From positions 2,108,001 through 2,172,000 of the forward strand of contig CM035350.1 of the NCBI GenBank assembly GCA_020137815.1: 64,000 nt of DNA, written 5' to 3'. This document shows, piece by piece, positions 1-13,653 of this stretch (its first letter is position 1; every line of letters begins with the position of its first letter). Source of the DNA: Hormiphora californensis. Taxonomy: Eukaryota > Animalia > Ctenophora. Made by a program: the position numbers and the translations under genes. The notes beneath the pieces are model-generated. The model was given only the letters and a program-made list of their open reading frames with translations, had not been told where the DNA came from and did not search any database.

Positions 1-2130
1 ATGGTCCCGACAATTACCAAAACAGAGGGGGAAGGAACAACAACCAGTCCAGACACCTCAATACACAACAGGGTCTGGATAATCAGCAAAGAGGGTCCAG
101 AGACCAACAATGGGTGTACACAGTTCGGGAAAATCCACAAGATGAGATAGAACAGATTACAAATCAGTTGAGAGTGATGCCATTGACTGATAACAACAGG
201 GTTCGGAGAAACGACAAAAATTACGAGGTGGCTGAATCGTCCCAGGAATACAATACAACATTCATATCAAGCTTGTTAGGGGATTTAAACTAGGTCAGCC
301 CCGACAGACAGTCGAGGCAGACGGGGCAAACGGAACAGAGAGTATCGTAGCCCCCGAGAACAAAATACTCTCAATCAAAGGAGACCAAGGGACATCACTG
401 TTTGCGATAGGAGAATTGAAGGGAAATTCAGTCAAGTTCCTCATTGACAGTGGTGCCGTGTTAAATTGTATATCTACCAAACTACTACAAGCCCTGAACT
501 TTAAACAAAAATTATGCACTGCAGAACAGTTGATGGGAGCAGGTGGACAGAACTTGCGAGTTCAAGGGAGGTACCTTTCACACTAGGTAACACTAAAATT
601 CAGTGCCGAGTTCGTAGTGATTGACGAACTGATCCTACCCCTCATTCTTGGATCCAATTTCCTCATCGGAAATAAGCTAACAATTGACTTTGAAGCACTA
701 CTGATGCGAAAAGGAAAGGACATCATCTCACTGAAAGTAAAGGAGGCACCAGACACCGTAATCCGGGTGAGGACTGACGATACAGTACGAATCAAGGGGG
801 AACAGACGGTCAGTGCAGAGTGTAACGTGGTTCACGTTAACACGGGACAACTGACAGGTCAAAACGACGGATCGTACATGTACCAACCCAGTTCATTATT
901 ATGGCCAATAGACACCATAACACCATCATGTGCAGTTGATGTAGACGACGGGAAATTGACGGTGGATTTCAGTAGCACAGAACAAGGTGTAGAGTACTAT
1001 TTTCCGAAAGGGACAGTACTGGGACACCTGACAAGTGTAAACCGAGCAACACAAAACATACAGCAACCCCTAACAATCAACCAGAAAAGAGACAAGGTGC
1101 TATCTGAACTCAAGATACAAGAGGAAGGACAGATAACAGAGTTAACAAAGTTGGTAACAGAGTTCCTTGACGTATTTGTAGCACATAAGTACGACATAGG
1201 GGACACCGACATACTAGAAGCGGAAATAACACTAACTGACGACAGGTCCATCGCACTTCCACCAAGGAGGATACCAGTAAAATTACTACCCAAAGTAAGG
1301 GAGGAAATACAAGCACTACTGGATATCGGGGTAACACAACCATCCCAATCACCATTCAGTACGCCAACAGTAATTGTGCAAAAGAAGGGCACAAGTGAAG
1401 TTCGTATCTGTACGGATTACAGGGAACTGAATAAGAAAACAGAGTCTTTTACATCCAGTATCCCATCACCAGACGTCATTGTGGCTCAAGTTGGGGGAAA
1501 AGAGTATTACACCTCACTAAAGGGTACATGAGTCTTAGAATTAAGGATTCAGACAAATATAAGACAGCGTGGAATGTCCCGAGAACCGGAATTTTCGAAC
1601 AAAACAGACTCGGGTTCGGACTCAAAAACACACCCAGCTACTTCTGCCAAGCACTAACAATGATTTTTCGACACTTACCGGGCAACATACAAGTGTACCT
1701 CGACGTCATTCTGGTGGGCACAAACACCATCGACGAGATGATACACGACATGAGGACCATCTTCGAATGCCTTCGACAAGGCGGATTGAAAATATCTCCG
1801 ACGAAATGTTCGACCATCACTCAGAGAGAAATTACTATGCGCCTGGCTAAGTTAGGACGGAAATGAAGATAAGAAATAAGCTTGGTGCGTTTTGAGCTTT
1901 AAGATCCCTATTACGAATCCTCAAGTGCAAGGAGCAATCAAAGACATCTCAGCTACCCCCAGAATAGCCAATATAAACCGAGTAACCAGAAACAGAGAAA
2001 ACACAAAAAAAATTGGCAAGAATGTTGAAGACAGGTGCAGTACAGTACAACATGAAGACGATAGAGAAATTTTGCAGTATTGATCGCAACCCAGAGATCA
2101 ACCCAAGTCCAAACCAAGAGGGGACCACCA
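1..2130 (+). mobile_element. Degenerate Ty3/Gypsy LTR retrotransposon internal region (gag end, protease, truncated RT)
   Basis: Aspartic protease motif FLIDSGA at 437-457. RT motifs SPFSTPTVIVQKK-RICTDYRELN and FGLKNTPSYF are present. YLDD reads YLDV. There is a stop at 584-586 and a frameshift near 1530. No RNase H or integrase is visible. Confidence 0.9.
284..327 (+). promoter_or_regulatory. Candidate -1 ribosomal frameshift signal (gag-pol)
   Basis: T TTA AAC heptamer at 284-290 is directly followed by TAG. The -1 frame is open from 284 into the protease motif. A GC-rich stem begins 7 nt downstream (gccccg 298-303 pairs with cggggc 322-327). Confidence 0.7.
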
Positions 2131-2169
2131 TGATACATACAGTGACTGTAGTCTGAACTCCTTACGTGC

Positions 2170-2255
2170 CAGCGTTAAAATCTGGGTGTTTTGGGAGTGC
2201 TTACAAACGGTATTTTAGGGTTAGGGCAAAAGTAGGGTTAGGGTTAGGGTGTAGG
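2170..2255 (+). repeat. TTAGGG-containing dispersed repeat end
   Basis: cgttaaaatctgggtg followed by several ttaggg units. The same end occurs inverted at 36300-36440. Confidence 0.6.
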
Positions 2256-2623
2256 ATCAAAAAGATCACTCGTATCTTAGTTAGCTGACATTGGTTTGCA
2301 TCGGACCGTGACCGAACATCGGGAACAATTAGTTAAATCGATTAGTTAATCGATTGGATAATTGTCAGTTCCGGTGTAAGCATGTCATGTAGAAACCTAG
2401 AGATAGAAGTCAGCTGTGACTCAAGAGTTGTGGTTCCAATGATCACATTTATGTGAACATTTGAGGCGATAGCTCAGAGAGATAACTCGCCGAAATGATC
2501 ACACTAAACCGCTCGTGTTGGTGGAGCTTTAGTCACCAATCAGGTCATTAGTGTGAACCCAGCACGAGACGGAGCAGTAAAATACACCAGTCATTTGAGA
2601 GACAAACAACACACACACATATC

Positions 2624-3494
2624 TAACGTTTGGGCAAAAAAAATGTCCCCCTAGACTAGCATAGTTCCAGATATCGTAGAGCTCTAAAATTTTACACAGT
2701 TACTCTATGGGACAAATAAATAAGTTCCACAAATATTCAGACTTTTAGCTCAAAGTTCATTTTTTTGATCGGAATGAACATTGTTTTCATTCCAAAAAAC
2801 ATGATTTTTCGGTCCAGAAGCCAAGCAATTGTCTTTGGCTCTCGATTTTCTTTCAAATGCGACCAAGAAAAGCCAAAACGGACAACCCCATGGCACACAG
2901 TGGTCATGTTTCTGACAGTTAGCCAGGTCATGTGATCCCACCGAATCGTGAGTTGCTAATCAGGCTTAGTGGGGAAGAATCACGTATCACAGTCGCTAAT
3001 GAGGAATGTGTATCGAAAAAGAGCGACATGTGATTCGGCATCACTTGGGTAAAGAGCCACTTGTTAATGAGCTTCGGATCTCATGACCAATAGTCATCGT
3101 CATCCCTCATTAGCAGCTGTGATACGTGATTCTCCACCACTAAGCATGATTAGCAATTCTGAATAAATTACACATTCGGTGGGGATCACATGACGTGACT
3201 AACTGTCAGAAACATGACCACTGTGTGCCTTGTGGTTGTCCGTTTTGGCTTTTCTTGGTCGCATTTGAAAGAAAATCGAGAGCCAAAGCCAATTGCTTGG
3301 CTTCTGGACCGAAAAATCATGTTTTTGGAATGAATAACAGGTTCATTCCGATCAAAAAATGAACTTTGAGCTAAAAGTCTGAAATTTTGTGGAACTTATT
3401 TATTTGCCCATAGGTAACTGTGCAAAATTTTAGAGCTCTACGATATCTGGAACTATGCTAGTCTAGGGGGGACATTTTTTTGCCCAACACGTTA
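2624..3494. mobile_element. Foldback MITE with about 380-bp inverted arms
   Basis: 2624-3004 is the near-exact reverse complement of 3105-3494, with TA at both ends. Confidence 0.9.
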
Positions 3495-4419
3495 TATACA
3501 GTTATTACTTCGTGATTTGGAACGAGAATTGCTATTTGTACATTTGTCTAACACATTACTTGATACAACTCCCAAACTCTTTGTTCTATTACGACTACTA
3601 CTACAGCCGAACAGCAAAGCAGCAGACAGAGACAAGGTACGCCACTGATCACCAGCCACTAACATTCACCACGATCACACTCATAACACAAACGATAGCG
3701 GACACAACATTGGTGCTGTGACAAAAGGCAGACAAGACAAGACTCGTCGAGACAGAGACTACATGACAGGCAGTCCAACCAGCTCATAAAGTTACTTTTC
3801 GACTCACAATCAGACACAGGAACAGAATCTACAGAATCTTTAGCGAAAAAGGAGCAAAACCCTCCAGGCGAACGAGTGATCTGCTGAAAGAGAGAAGGGA
3901 TTGGTAATCCTACCGGCACAGCCAAGAGTAAGCCCGCCAATAAAAAGGAGGGAAAACAAAACAGATACACGCAGAGGAGAACAAGGAAATGGGAGACATA
4001 TAGACAGAAACAGCAGAATGCTACCGATGTTGCATTTATTAAAATCGAACGCGCGGAGCTGCGCGGCGCTATTTTGTGTTTTGCGCGTGACAAATTTTCC
4101 AAATTTTGACGCCGCGCGTCCAGTTTAAAAAATATCCGAGCCGCGGCCGGGCATTTTTGTGACTTTTTTATCACCCTTTTTTATCACACGGTCTTCACAA
4201 TTTTTGGACGTTTTTGACCGTTACTCAGTCATTTCTTGATCAACTTGCAAAATATTGGGCTCATTGGAAGAGGGCATAGAGCTCTTTTAAATGAGCCCAA
4301 GAAAATGAAAATTGGCGCACGGCGCTAAATGTGCAGCGTTGTGACGAACACATGTTGGGTCATGGAAAGATTAGAAAAACGACACTCATATACAATTTGT
4401 GGTAGATAATTTTAGTACA

Positions 4420-4581
4420 TAAAGTCGGATTTTTTGAAGTTGTCACCCCCCTTTTCGTGCGTGGAATGTTTTTGTGCGTCACATCACATGTGTCATGTTA
4501 ACGTGTGGTGTGCACGTCAAAATTGATAAATTTCACATGCGCGGTCATTTTGGGGTGACAACTTCAAAAAATCCGACTTTA
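4420..4581. mobile_element. Small MITE
   Basis: 30-bp perfect inverted repeat taaagtcggattttttgaagttgtcacccc at 4420-4449 and 4552-4581. Confidence 0.85.
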
Positions 4582-4715
4582 GTACACAAATTTATTATAT
4601 TTTTGTAAATAAATAAATTTTGTAAAGCTAACATGGATGAAATTACTCTTACTAAACAGCAATCCCATTTACCGAACTCACGACTCACGAGTTACTTTTT
4701 GATTCACAGTATAAA

Positions 4716-7700
4716 CTACTGACTGTATTCCTCAACACTTTTTCTACTTTCACGACGTCCTTTCTTTCCCTGTAGCTCGACACTATCAGTTGGTGTGACA
4801 TGACTGGATCCAAGGGCGCTGGTGAAGCTTTTCTTACATTTCTTTAGTATCCTAATCACGGAGTCGCTGTTGTAGATAATGGGGTTGAGGACACTATTGA
4901 TTGGGATCAGGAAAATAGAACAGAACTCATAGTACTCATTCCCATCAAATATATCATTATAGTGCAAGAATGCCAGTATGATGAAGGGAATCCAGGTGGC
5001 GAAATCGGTGGCTATGATCAATGATATCTTCCGCTGGAGCCGCCTCATTGATTTTCTGCTCTGTTTTGATTCCGAGGTTCCTGCATCTTTAGATGTTTGG
5101 TGTGTATGAGCAATGATAAGGGCGTAGCTGATGGTGATGATGATGAAACACACCAGGTTGCTGCTTAGTACGTAGACGGAGTACATATACTGGGGGTCTG
5201 TATTCTTTACAAAGTACTTGAAAAGACAAACCCCACTGTTACCATAGAAACCAATGCTCTTCGATTTGGCACTATTATACCAGAGCGTTTGCTTATCACA
5301 GCTTGTGTAACCTGGATCTGGGTGATCAAAGATGAATGCTATGAGTCTCCTCCATTTATCCCAAGTCATCTCATCTCTGTTGAATCCGGAGCCAGCGAAA
5401 TACGCAGCGAAACTGCTGTTCAGTTGACTCTTTGATTTGCTGTCCGTGAATACGGGATTATCATCATAATACAGACCGTTCACGAAGTAGTCCTCAAATA
5501 CACTGAGTATTGGGATCAGGCCTATTGCAATGGAGTAGGTGACTATTGTGACCACGGTGAGAGCAATGAGCAGTACCTTCTTCTTGCTCAGCGAGGAGAA
5601 TATGAGCATTGTCTTGATGGAGATGAGCCTGAAGATTGATAACAATGTCATGGAGAGGAGAGATAGCTGGTTGCCAAATGTACTAACAACTCCTATGAAT
5701 CCACAGACTTCGCTGGAGAGCCATTCTAGCCTTTCCTCGCAGTACTTCATCCCATAATACTGGTCATAAGAGAACACCAGCATCATATAGATTCCCACGG
5801 AGAAGTCTCCTAGAGCGATTAGTGCCACAAGAACGTCGTTTGTCAGAAGGCCGAATGAAATGTCCTCTTTTGTCAAAAGCATCTTGAAAAACATTATCAG
5901 GGATGCAAAGTTCACGATAAGAGAGAAGGAAGCGATAGTGATTGCGATGATCCTATAGACAGGCTTGGTTATCATGTGCCATACCACTTTACTGTTAGAG
6001 CAAATACTTCTGCATTCGTCACTTTTGTCCGCACAGTCGAACACATTGTCACACACTTCAGTATACTTAAAAGATGTCTCATCCTCTGTGTTAGCCGTAC
6101 TCGAGCAGAAGTAACGATTATGACAATCATTTTCGTCCGAGTCATCACCACAGTCGTTCATGTAGTCGCACACCTTGCTTGATGCAATTTTCTTCTTGTT
6201 CGTGCAAGTGAATATCGTGTCAGTAGTACTATTGTCAGCATTGTAGACCAAGGAGCCGATCCCAGCTGATGAGTTGAGAGTGTACACTGTGGAGTATCCA
6301 CTCAGACCATCCATTGCAGTACCTAGACTTTCGGCGTAGTTCGTCCTGTAACAGAGTCCGGCAGTAGACGCAAGTGCATACGCCTCGCCTGCTATGGTTT
6401 CACACCGAAAATAGGTAGAATCATAATGAAGGTACTTGGTTAGACCGTAGCCAAGTTCTACAGAGACCACGGTACAAGATGGACTTGCCATCACGCCAGG
6501 TAGACACGGTTCTGCAAAGACATGAGTGTTCAGCGACAGAGACCCATCGAGCCTCTCCTGAACTAGAAGTAGAACTACAAGTGCTCTCCTCTTGGATCAA
6601 GAAAACCTGAGTTTACCTTAGGGCAATCTACATAACCATCACAAAACTTGTCTGATTGGATGGTGTAGTAGATTTGATCCTCACCCCAGGGGCACCTGTA
6701 CATGGTGTAGTACTGCTCTATATCTTCATGGATAGTGTTGATGTACCGGTAATAGTTAGTAGTAACATCATCTATGATAAGACAGTCCTCATCTTCCCCC
6801 TCATCACACACCTTCTCCAGGTCACATTCCAATGTCACGTCTATGGATGTACTGTAGCCGTTTACCGAACAGTACAGGTTTGTTTTAGCAGTGTGGTCGT
6901 CAGTGCAGTTCACCCACGTCTTCCACGTTTCGTCACAATACACGTTGGTGTCGGTATAGTTGAACCCGTCGCACAGTTGAAACGTATAGATGGTATTGCT
7001 GAAAAAGATGATAATTGTTTACAAACTGGATATTGTTAGTCTTAGTAGCAAAGAGTTGTTACCTGGCATTGTTAAGGGTGCAGGTGATTGCCTCATACTT
7101 CTGGGTACATAATGTATTTGGAAGAGTTACTGAAGAGTCTGTGTTGGAGCAAATCAAATCGGAGAAACAGTAGTTTTTAGGAGGGATCCATTTGGTAATA
7201 TCATTCCTGGAAAGTGGAAGGGGGTGCCATATGATCACAGGTTTGAACTTCAAATTGAAGGGGATTTAATCATTGTTAGAAGTTAGTAGCTAGTTTGTTA
7301 CTAAGCTTATAAGATTAGTTTATTCTATCAATATTGGTCTGTAATTAGTTACTAATTATTTATACTAATTACTAGTTACTACTTACCTGCTGGAGGAAGA
7401 AGTCTCCACACAGAAGTCTTGGTACTCGCTTGTGCTGAGAGTTGTGCAGTTATATTCATCTTCATAGTTGTAGAAGGTCATGTTGTTGGCTGTTGTGGTG
7501 GATTTGAGGCAATTTGCCTCGTTATTACATTGTTTTGATTTAGCAATGGTCGTCTTATAGATGTCTTCGCAGGTGAACGTCTCCCCACTACTCACAAAAC
7601 CTTCACTGTTGCAGTTATGTTCATCAGAACAGTCAGCACAGAAACACTGAAAACAAGATCTGATAGTGAGACTCACTACATCACTAAGAGCACTCACATC

Positions 7701-10700
7701 AAACGGTTTAGAGGTAAGCAGGTTTCACCTTGATCTACCAGACATCAACTTACCATGTCATCACAATAGTTGTCTGACCATACCGCTACAAGGTTCCCAT
7801 ACTTATCCTCACACACATTGGACCCCAATATCAGGCTCGAACTTTCCTAAAAAGGGTTGTTGAGTAACTTTCCCAACAAAAAAGGGCACAAAATGATTCC
7901 GGATTTGGATGATTAACCACTGTTCTATGTATTTATTACAGAACGACATGAATCAATTTTTTACCTCGGAAACAGTTACAAAGGAGCAGCCGCACGTTTG
8001 GTAGTTGTAGGGGTCTACCGAGCAAATCCGATCGAACATACATAGACCACCGCCTCTTGCGAGCACCTGATATGCCTCCTCAGTCCAGGGACACTTGTAG
8101 ACCCCGTCCTGATATGAGTACTGAGCACACGATGTGCTGTCTGAGAGGCTTTCCATGGTGTTTAGAGTTGTTAACGAACTTTCAAACTCTGAAAAGAAGT
8201 GGATGATTTTGTTTCATAATTCATGGGTACATTTCATTACCCTCTCCCATTGACATTGTTCAACATTTCACTGCATGATTTGATCTGCACTACCCCTTGT
8301 TCTTACTGTCGGAAGGGACCTCCTTGATTGAAACATCCACTTCTTGAACAATGGTCTCCTCTTCAAGGAGTGTAATACTAGCACTACATGTTAGGTTAGA
8401 AATAGACACTTCTCCATCCGATATTTCTGTTTCCCATGTTCCCAGAAGATATGACGAGTTGGTTCCAACTAAAAACAGAAAGTGTCAAAAAATACATATA
8501 ACTTGCATTACAAAGAGAAAGAGCAAGTTTCCAAAAAGGGAGAACAATTATTTCACAAAATTAATTGATCATCATCTTGCGTTTTACATTACCTATGTCA
8601 GAACATGAAGGTATGGAACAGAACTCGAACTCAGTATCGGGGTTGGTTGAGTAGCACCATGTCCTGGTTTTATTGAGTTCCCCCTCCGTCTTAACATTTC
8701 TACAATAGTTGTTCTGCAGAGTGGGGTGCAATTCGAGGGTTGCGGTGCTCAGAACGTCCGACCAGTTCTTACACTCCCATCCGGTCTCCGTGACCGCGTA
8801 GGTTCCTATGTATGTTGCAAACGGAGTGTAATCCTCTCTATCTCCACACACTGTGAACGGAGAGCTTCTTAGAAAGAGAAGACTATTTTTAAAGCATATT
8901 CGGTGTAGCAATATGACTGTAACTTACAATAAGTGAAGTCGTTGCATATTTCCTCCATGCTGCATGTTTTGTAGGACGTCGTGTTGGTACTGTTCGTTAG
9001 ACAAATTGCTTCTGCTCTACTTTTGCCTGGTTTCACACCTCTCCGACAATAAGTCTCACACTGGCTCCCATCAGCACTTGTATTGATATTGCCACGATAG
9101 AAGTTGGCAGCATAATAAGCACAGTTCCCTAGGAGAGGGAGATAGAATATGTTTCATAATAGGCACAGTTCCCTGGGAGGGGGGATAGAATTCAGAACCT
9201 TTTCACTGCTAAAAAACACGTGCTACTTGCAGGATTCTTACCGGCAATACTGAGGTCATTACAAGATGGAAGTTCACAATATTCCCATGTTATATTTGTG
9301 TCGGTTGAGTAACACCACGCTTTGGACCGTTCATTAGGTTTAGGATTCCTACAATAGTTGGAGTCCAACCCTGCAGTAGGGTAGCTGCAATGGGGGATAA
9401 GAAATGTTTTAATAGTCGAATATAGTTTGGTCGACCAGATACAAGTTCTGAATTTGCTTACTTTTCCGAAGTAAAATCGTGGGTGTTCGGTGACTGTGAT
9501 GACCATGCTTGGCAAGTGGTCCCTGACACGGTTTGGTTCTTGTAGCCCCGATAAGATGTTTGACGCCCACTCCAACAAGCTATACAATTTAGTTAATTAA
9601 ACAAACAATTTAATGAAATAGGAGACAATGAAGGGAAATAATTTTCACTTACTACATGGTGTTGAAGGAAAGCACTTTTCCTTTAGAAGTGTTGTTGTGT
9701 TGATGTAGCACCAGGGCACCTCAAGTGCGAAGTCTAAGTTTCTACAATAGTTGTGATCTCCAACACCGTACATAGTCTCTCTGGTATGGGAAGGTGAAAT
9801 TCAGAGAGAGAGCTATTCTTCCATGTATATTGTGCCTAGCTCGACCCTCTTTCCGTACAAGGAATTAGAGGGTTAAAACATAACAAGATTAACGAGGTCT
9901 CTACTTGATAGGATCTCAAGTTATATTACTAACTCGCTGTTGGTGTAGTTGACCCAGTGTTGACATGAGTTTCCACTGATTGTTGTATTCCGTGTGCCAC
10001 GATAGAAACCACCCCATCCAACGTCGGAACACTGCTTTTCTGGGGGATACAACTGATGTTTTACATTGGTTTTAGTACTTGCAGTATACTTTCTGCTTCA
10101 CATGTTAAAGAACGATCGGGAAAGTTAAAGTGAGAGTGGACCGAATCAGAATTGGACAAGCTTGTTGTAGGTAGTAGAGATTAGCTTTCTGAGCATTTTG
10201 CGTTTTTGCCGCTCAAAATCGACCCACCCATCACTGAGATATTTTTGTTATGTTGGGAGAACTCCTGTTTAATCAGTATGTATAAAACAGAATATAAACA
10301 ATCGTAGTGTTTTACTAACACATTCTGAATATAAGCAGTGAGGTTGACATGTCCATGCACAGAAGCAGGGCAATGCAAGCCAGCATATTAAAAATTTAAA
10401 GAATGTGTTAGTAAAACACAAGGATTGTTTCTATCCTATTTGATAAATACTGATCCAGCAGAAATTCTCCCAACATAACAAAAATATCTCAGTGATGGGT
10501 GGGTCGATTTTGAGCGGCAAAAAGGCAAAATGCTCAGAGAGCTATTCTCTACTACCTACAACAAACTTGTCCAATTCTGATCCGGTCCACTCTCACTTTA
10601 AAACTAATGTGTGGCTCTAGGTTACACTATAACCTAGAGCCACACCTTAGTGTAGCTGTAAACCTGACAAGGTAGTTCCATTTGACCAAGTTAGCACCAT

Positions 10701-13294
10701 GTACTCTATCTCTCTGTTATAATAATCGTTAAAGGTGTCTGAATCAAGAGTGCAGGTCAGTTTACTGGTTTGCCCTTTTATCATGTAGAAACTATCTCTT
10801 GGTTGAACGGTCAGATTACTTGTAACTTCATCCACAACCTCTGTACCTATAATAAGGGAGTGGAAATTGGGGTTTATTGGAAATGAAAAAGTCTGTCAGT
10901 CGCCAATTTGACTGCATATTTCAACTTACCATAAACCTCCACCTCACACATTGTGGTCCGCTGTCCTTTGAGCATGAGTGCACTGCCGGTAATGCCGTTA
11001 CTGCCACAGGATATCTCGATAACTTGTTTCGTAGCATCGCTAGTTGATACTGTCCCACACAACGTCATGTCCTCTCCATCCATAACATAAATCTAGGGTG
11101 AAATACAAAATGTAGTACTTGCATTAGTAGTTCATACTTCATAGTGAGATTTACGACATGAGCTCAACAAGGGACTGCTTCTCAGGCCACGCAGGAATCA
11201 GCATTTTAGTTGTACCTCTAGTCCGCTTAGGTATTTGTCCATGTAGACGTAACAGTAGGAACTTGGAGATCGTTGATAAATCACTACATCGTATACGGTG
11301 TACGTCTCGATAAGGTGAATGTATAAATAGTTATCACCCGTATCGCTAACTGCATAGTCCTGTGCGCAGTACCTCCTGGGGTGTAAACGGTATTTGAATT
11401 ACCATTTTCTCGCTATTCCATAAAGAGTAAAGAGTTGTATTTTACATACCCTATAGTTGTGTCAATCTCCCCAGATTTCTTCCCGTCCACTACTGAGTAT
11501 GCTCTCCCTTGAATGTTTTGAGGGGACGAGGTTACAGGCTTGTAAAGTGAGACCAGGTCCGCACCTAAATTCAGACAGTCTTTATTATGATTTGGGAAAA
11601 CAATTTAAGTTGGTATTCTGTATCACAATTTAAAATCCTATACTATAGTTTGGAAATGAAAGTCGAAGTCGGACAATAATTGAAGTTCCGGATTCCACAT
11701 GAAACTGGTTAACACCTTACTCACCTTGTGTACTGTTCAATTGTACGTCCGTCCCTGACTCTGAAGCCGAGGTGCAAGATGGCCATTCTGAAATACATAT
11801 ATTTATACCTACTTGTCGGGTTCTCTAATTTGATTATAAATTCAGTTTAGAATCCGGCAATGCCTAGAAAAGTGGCACCGTAAATGAAAACAGTTTGGTT
11901 ACTGGACCTGTTTTAAAGTATCCATCCACCCGTTTAGTGATCAAATTATAGCTAACGTAGATATCGTAGATTTGGTCTAAGGTTGATACATCCAATGAGG
12001 CGACTGATACTTCACCACATTTAACTTCAACCTTAGTTTGGTAGTACACCACAGCCATTGACACAGCTGATGAATTAGTTGTAGTGCATGGTACTCCTCC
12101 TCCCGCAATATTATTCTGCATATTCCCGGTGGTGTAATCAAAACTCGACAATGAAACATTCGAAAAACCGCCTGAATAGAGTGGAAATGTTGTGATATGG
12201 CACCATGGCAACCACCCCTCGCCCCTATATATACTTGTAGATAAGTATATTGAGTTGTTGAAAAGTTCTCAATAAAAAATGAGCGCATTCAGTTTGTTAC
12301 TACACATGTACCTCTTGATGACTCCATGGAAAGCCACAGATCCAATATATTCTTATAAACAAACTTCAAACTAACTGAAATTTAACTTGTGTTAGCATTT
12401 CCCGCCCGAGTAAATGCCGAAGGATGGATTATGACACATAATGTAGTTATTCTTGTTGCAACGTGATAAGTGATGATAAACTAATTCTCACTTCACAAAT
12501 ATTATATTAATAATCACCATTATCATTATGGTTGAACGGCTGGTAGAAAATCATGTAGACTTTCAGTCTGTAGTCATCATCCAATAAAGATCCAACGCCG
12601 TTATATGATTCGTTCAAGTTAAGTAGCTGCCAATCTGTAATTATATAATCAATGATAATTTAAAACTAAATTTCCCGGGCGGATTGATTTCCCCCAGTAC
12701 CTATGGGAAATTGACAGTATGTATTTCACTTTGATTTCCCTGCACAAAAACCCTTCCCCCGCCGCGCCGAGGTTCGATCAGTGTAAATGGACAAATTTTA
12801 TTTTCTTACCAGTATCGTATGTTCCAGAAAACTGCGACAAGTCAACGGATAAACCCTCGATAGTAAAATTTTCAAAACATATGCTGTTCAAATCGAGGGA
12901 TATGAAGAAAGTTTCATCGTAGAGTAACCACACCTCATCTTCCTGGTAGACCAGTTTCCAGGTGACATTATCCATTGAAAATGTAACATCCTCCTCCTCC
13001 ACTGAATCGTCGGGTAACTTCGTTACAGTAGTGCAGGGGGATGTTTTAGAGAACTCCAAGTAACGAAAAGTAAGTGTCATTGTACTTCAGTTCTGACCAC
13101 TGTAACGTTACGGTTAGGTTTCCCGAGGTAAGACCCAGCTCATAAGTCTTGTTGCCTGGTCCGTGCTGACTGGCAGTACCTGTCACCTCAAATTGAAGGG
13201 CGTTAGTTTTGAGATTGACACCCGGTACTGTACCGTCGATCTCAAACTTAGCACTGACAACTGCTGCTAGGACCAGTATCCACACAACTTTCAT
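4716..13294 (-). CDS. Multi-exon class A GPCR of LGR/GRL101 type with mosaic ectodomain (F-type lectin-like, Ig, 4 kringles, LDLa repeats)
   Basis: The last exon has two LDLa repeats (CDYMNDCGDDSDENDC) then a 7TM with IIATDFATWIPF and PINSVLNPIIY. Upstream GT-AG exons encode more LDLa-like repeats (6600-7790), kringles (NYCRN...WCY, 8593-10040), Ig halves (8241-8468 and 10650-10847) and an FTP-like domain (10930-11565). The signal peptide MKVVWILVLAAVVSA starts at 13294. One-base indels near 13081 and 8293 must be assumed. The 7TM exon is certain; joining all exons into one gene is less so. Confidence 0.8.
10129..10597. mobile_element. Kolobok-type non-autonomous element in a GPCR intron
   Basis: About 200-bp inverted arms, AG...CT termini, and TTAA on both sides (10125-10128 and 10598-10601). 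Confidence 0.85.
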
Positions 13295-13653
13295 ACTACG
13301 AGAATTATAAAGCTGTTTAAATGAAAAGTGTTCAGCAAGATCTAGCGGCGCTATCAGGGCTGTGATTGGTCAAGCTTGCACTTATTCTTCTTACTGTATT
13401 TTGATCAAAACAATTTGTTGAACTACCCTTTTTCTCACTGCTAACAGACAACCCTGCCACACAGGGTGACACAATAAGATCTCAAGATAAAAAAAGGCTC
13501 TAGGAAGCAGTTCTATATTGTTGCATAAACAAATAAAATGAGTTTTATGCATTACTTCCTTCGCCGATCCACATATAATAATACATAATTCGTTTAATCA
13601 AAAGTTAGTTTTACACAATCAACTGCAAATGATAATTACTAATCCTACTAGTA

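Larger units (their letters stand above)
2131..3709 (+). mobile_element. Probable LTR (TG...CA) carrying secondary insertions
   Basis: Preceded by purine tract aagagggga (2116-2124). Starts TGAT and ends AACA. Followed by TGGTGCTGTGAC (3711-3722), which resembles a tRNA-His primer-binding site, then A-rich gag-like sequence to about 4025. Confidence 0.6.

Noticed and set aside
2214-2255. TTAGGG units as a telomere or fusion scar
   Set aside because: They are few, degenerate and attached to a repeat end that recurs at 36300-36440.
9930-9940. GC-AG intron donor in the first kringle
   Set aside because: A GT donor a few bases away gives the phase needed for the next exon.
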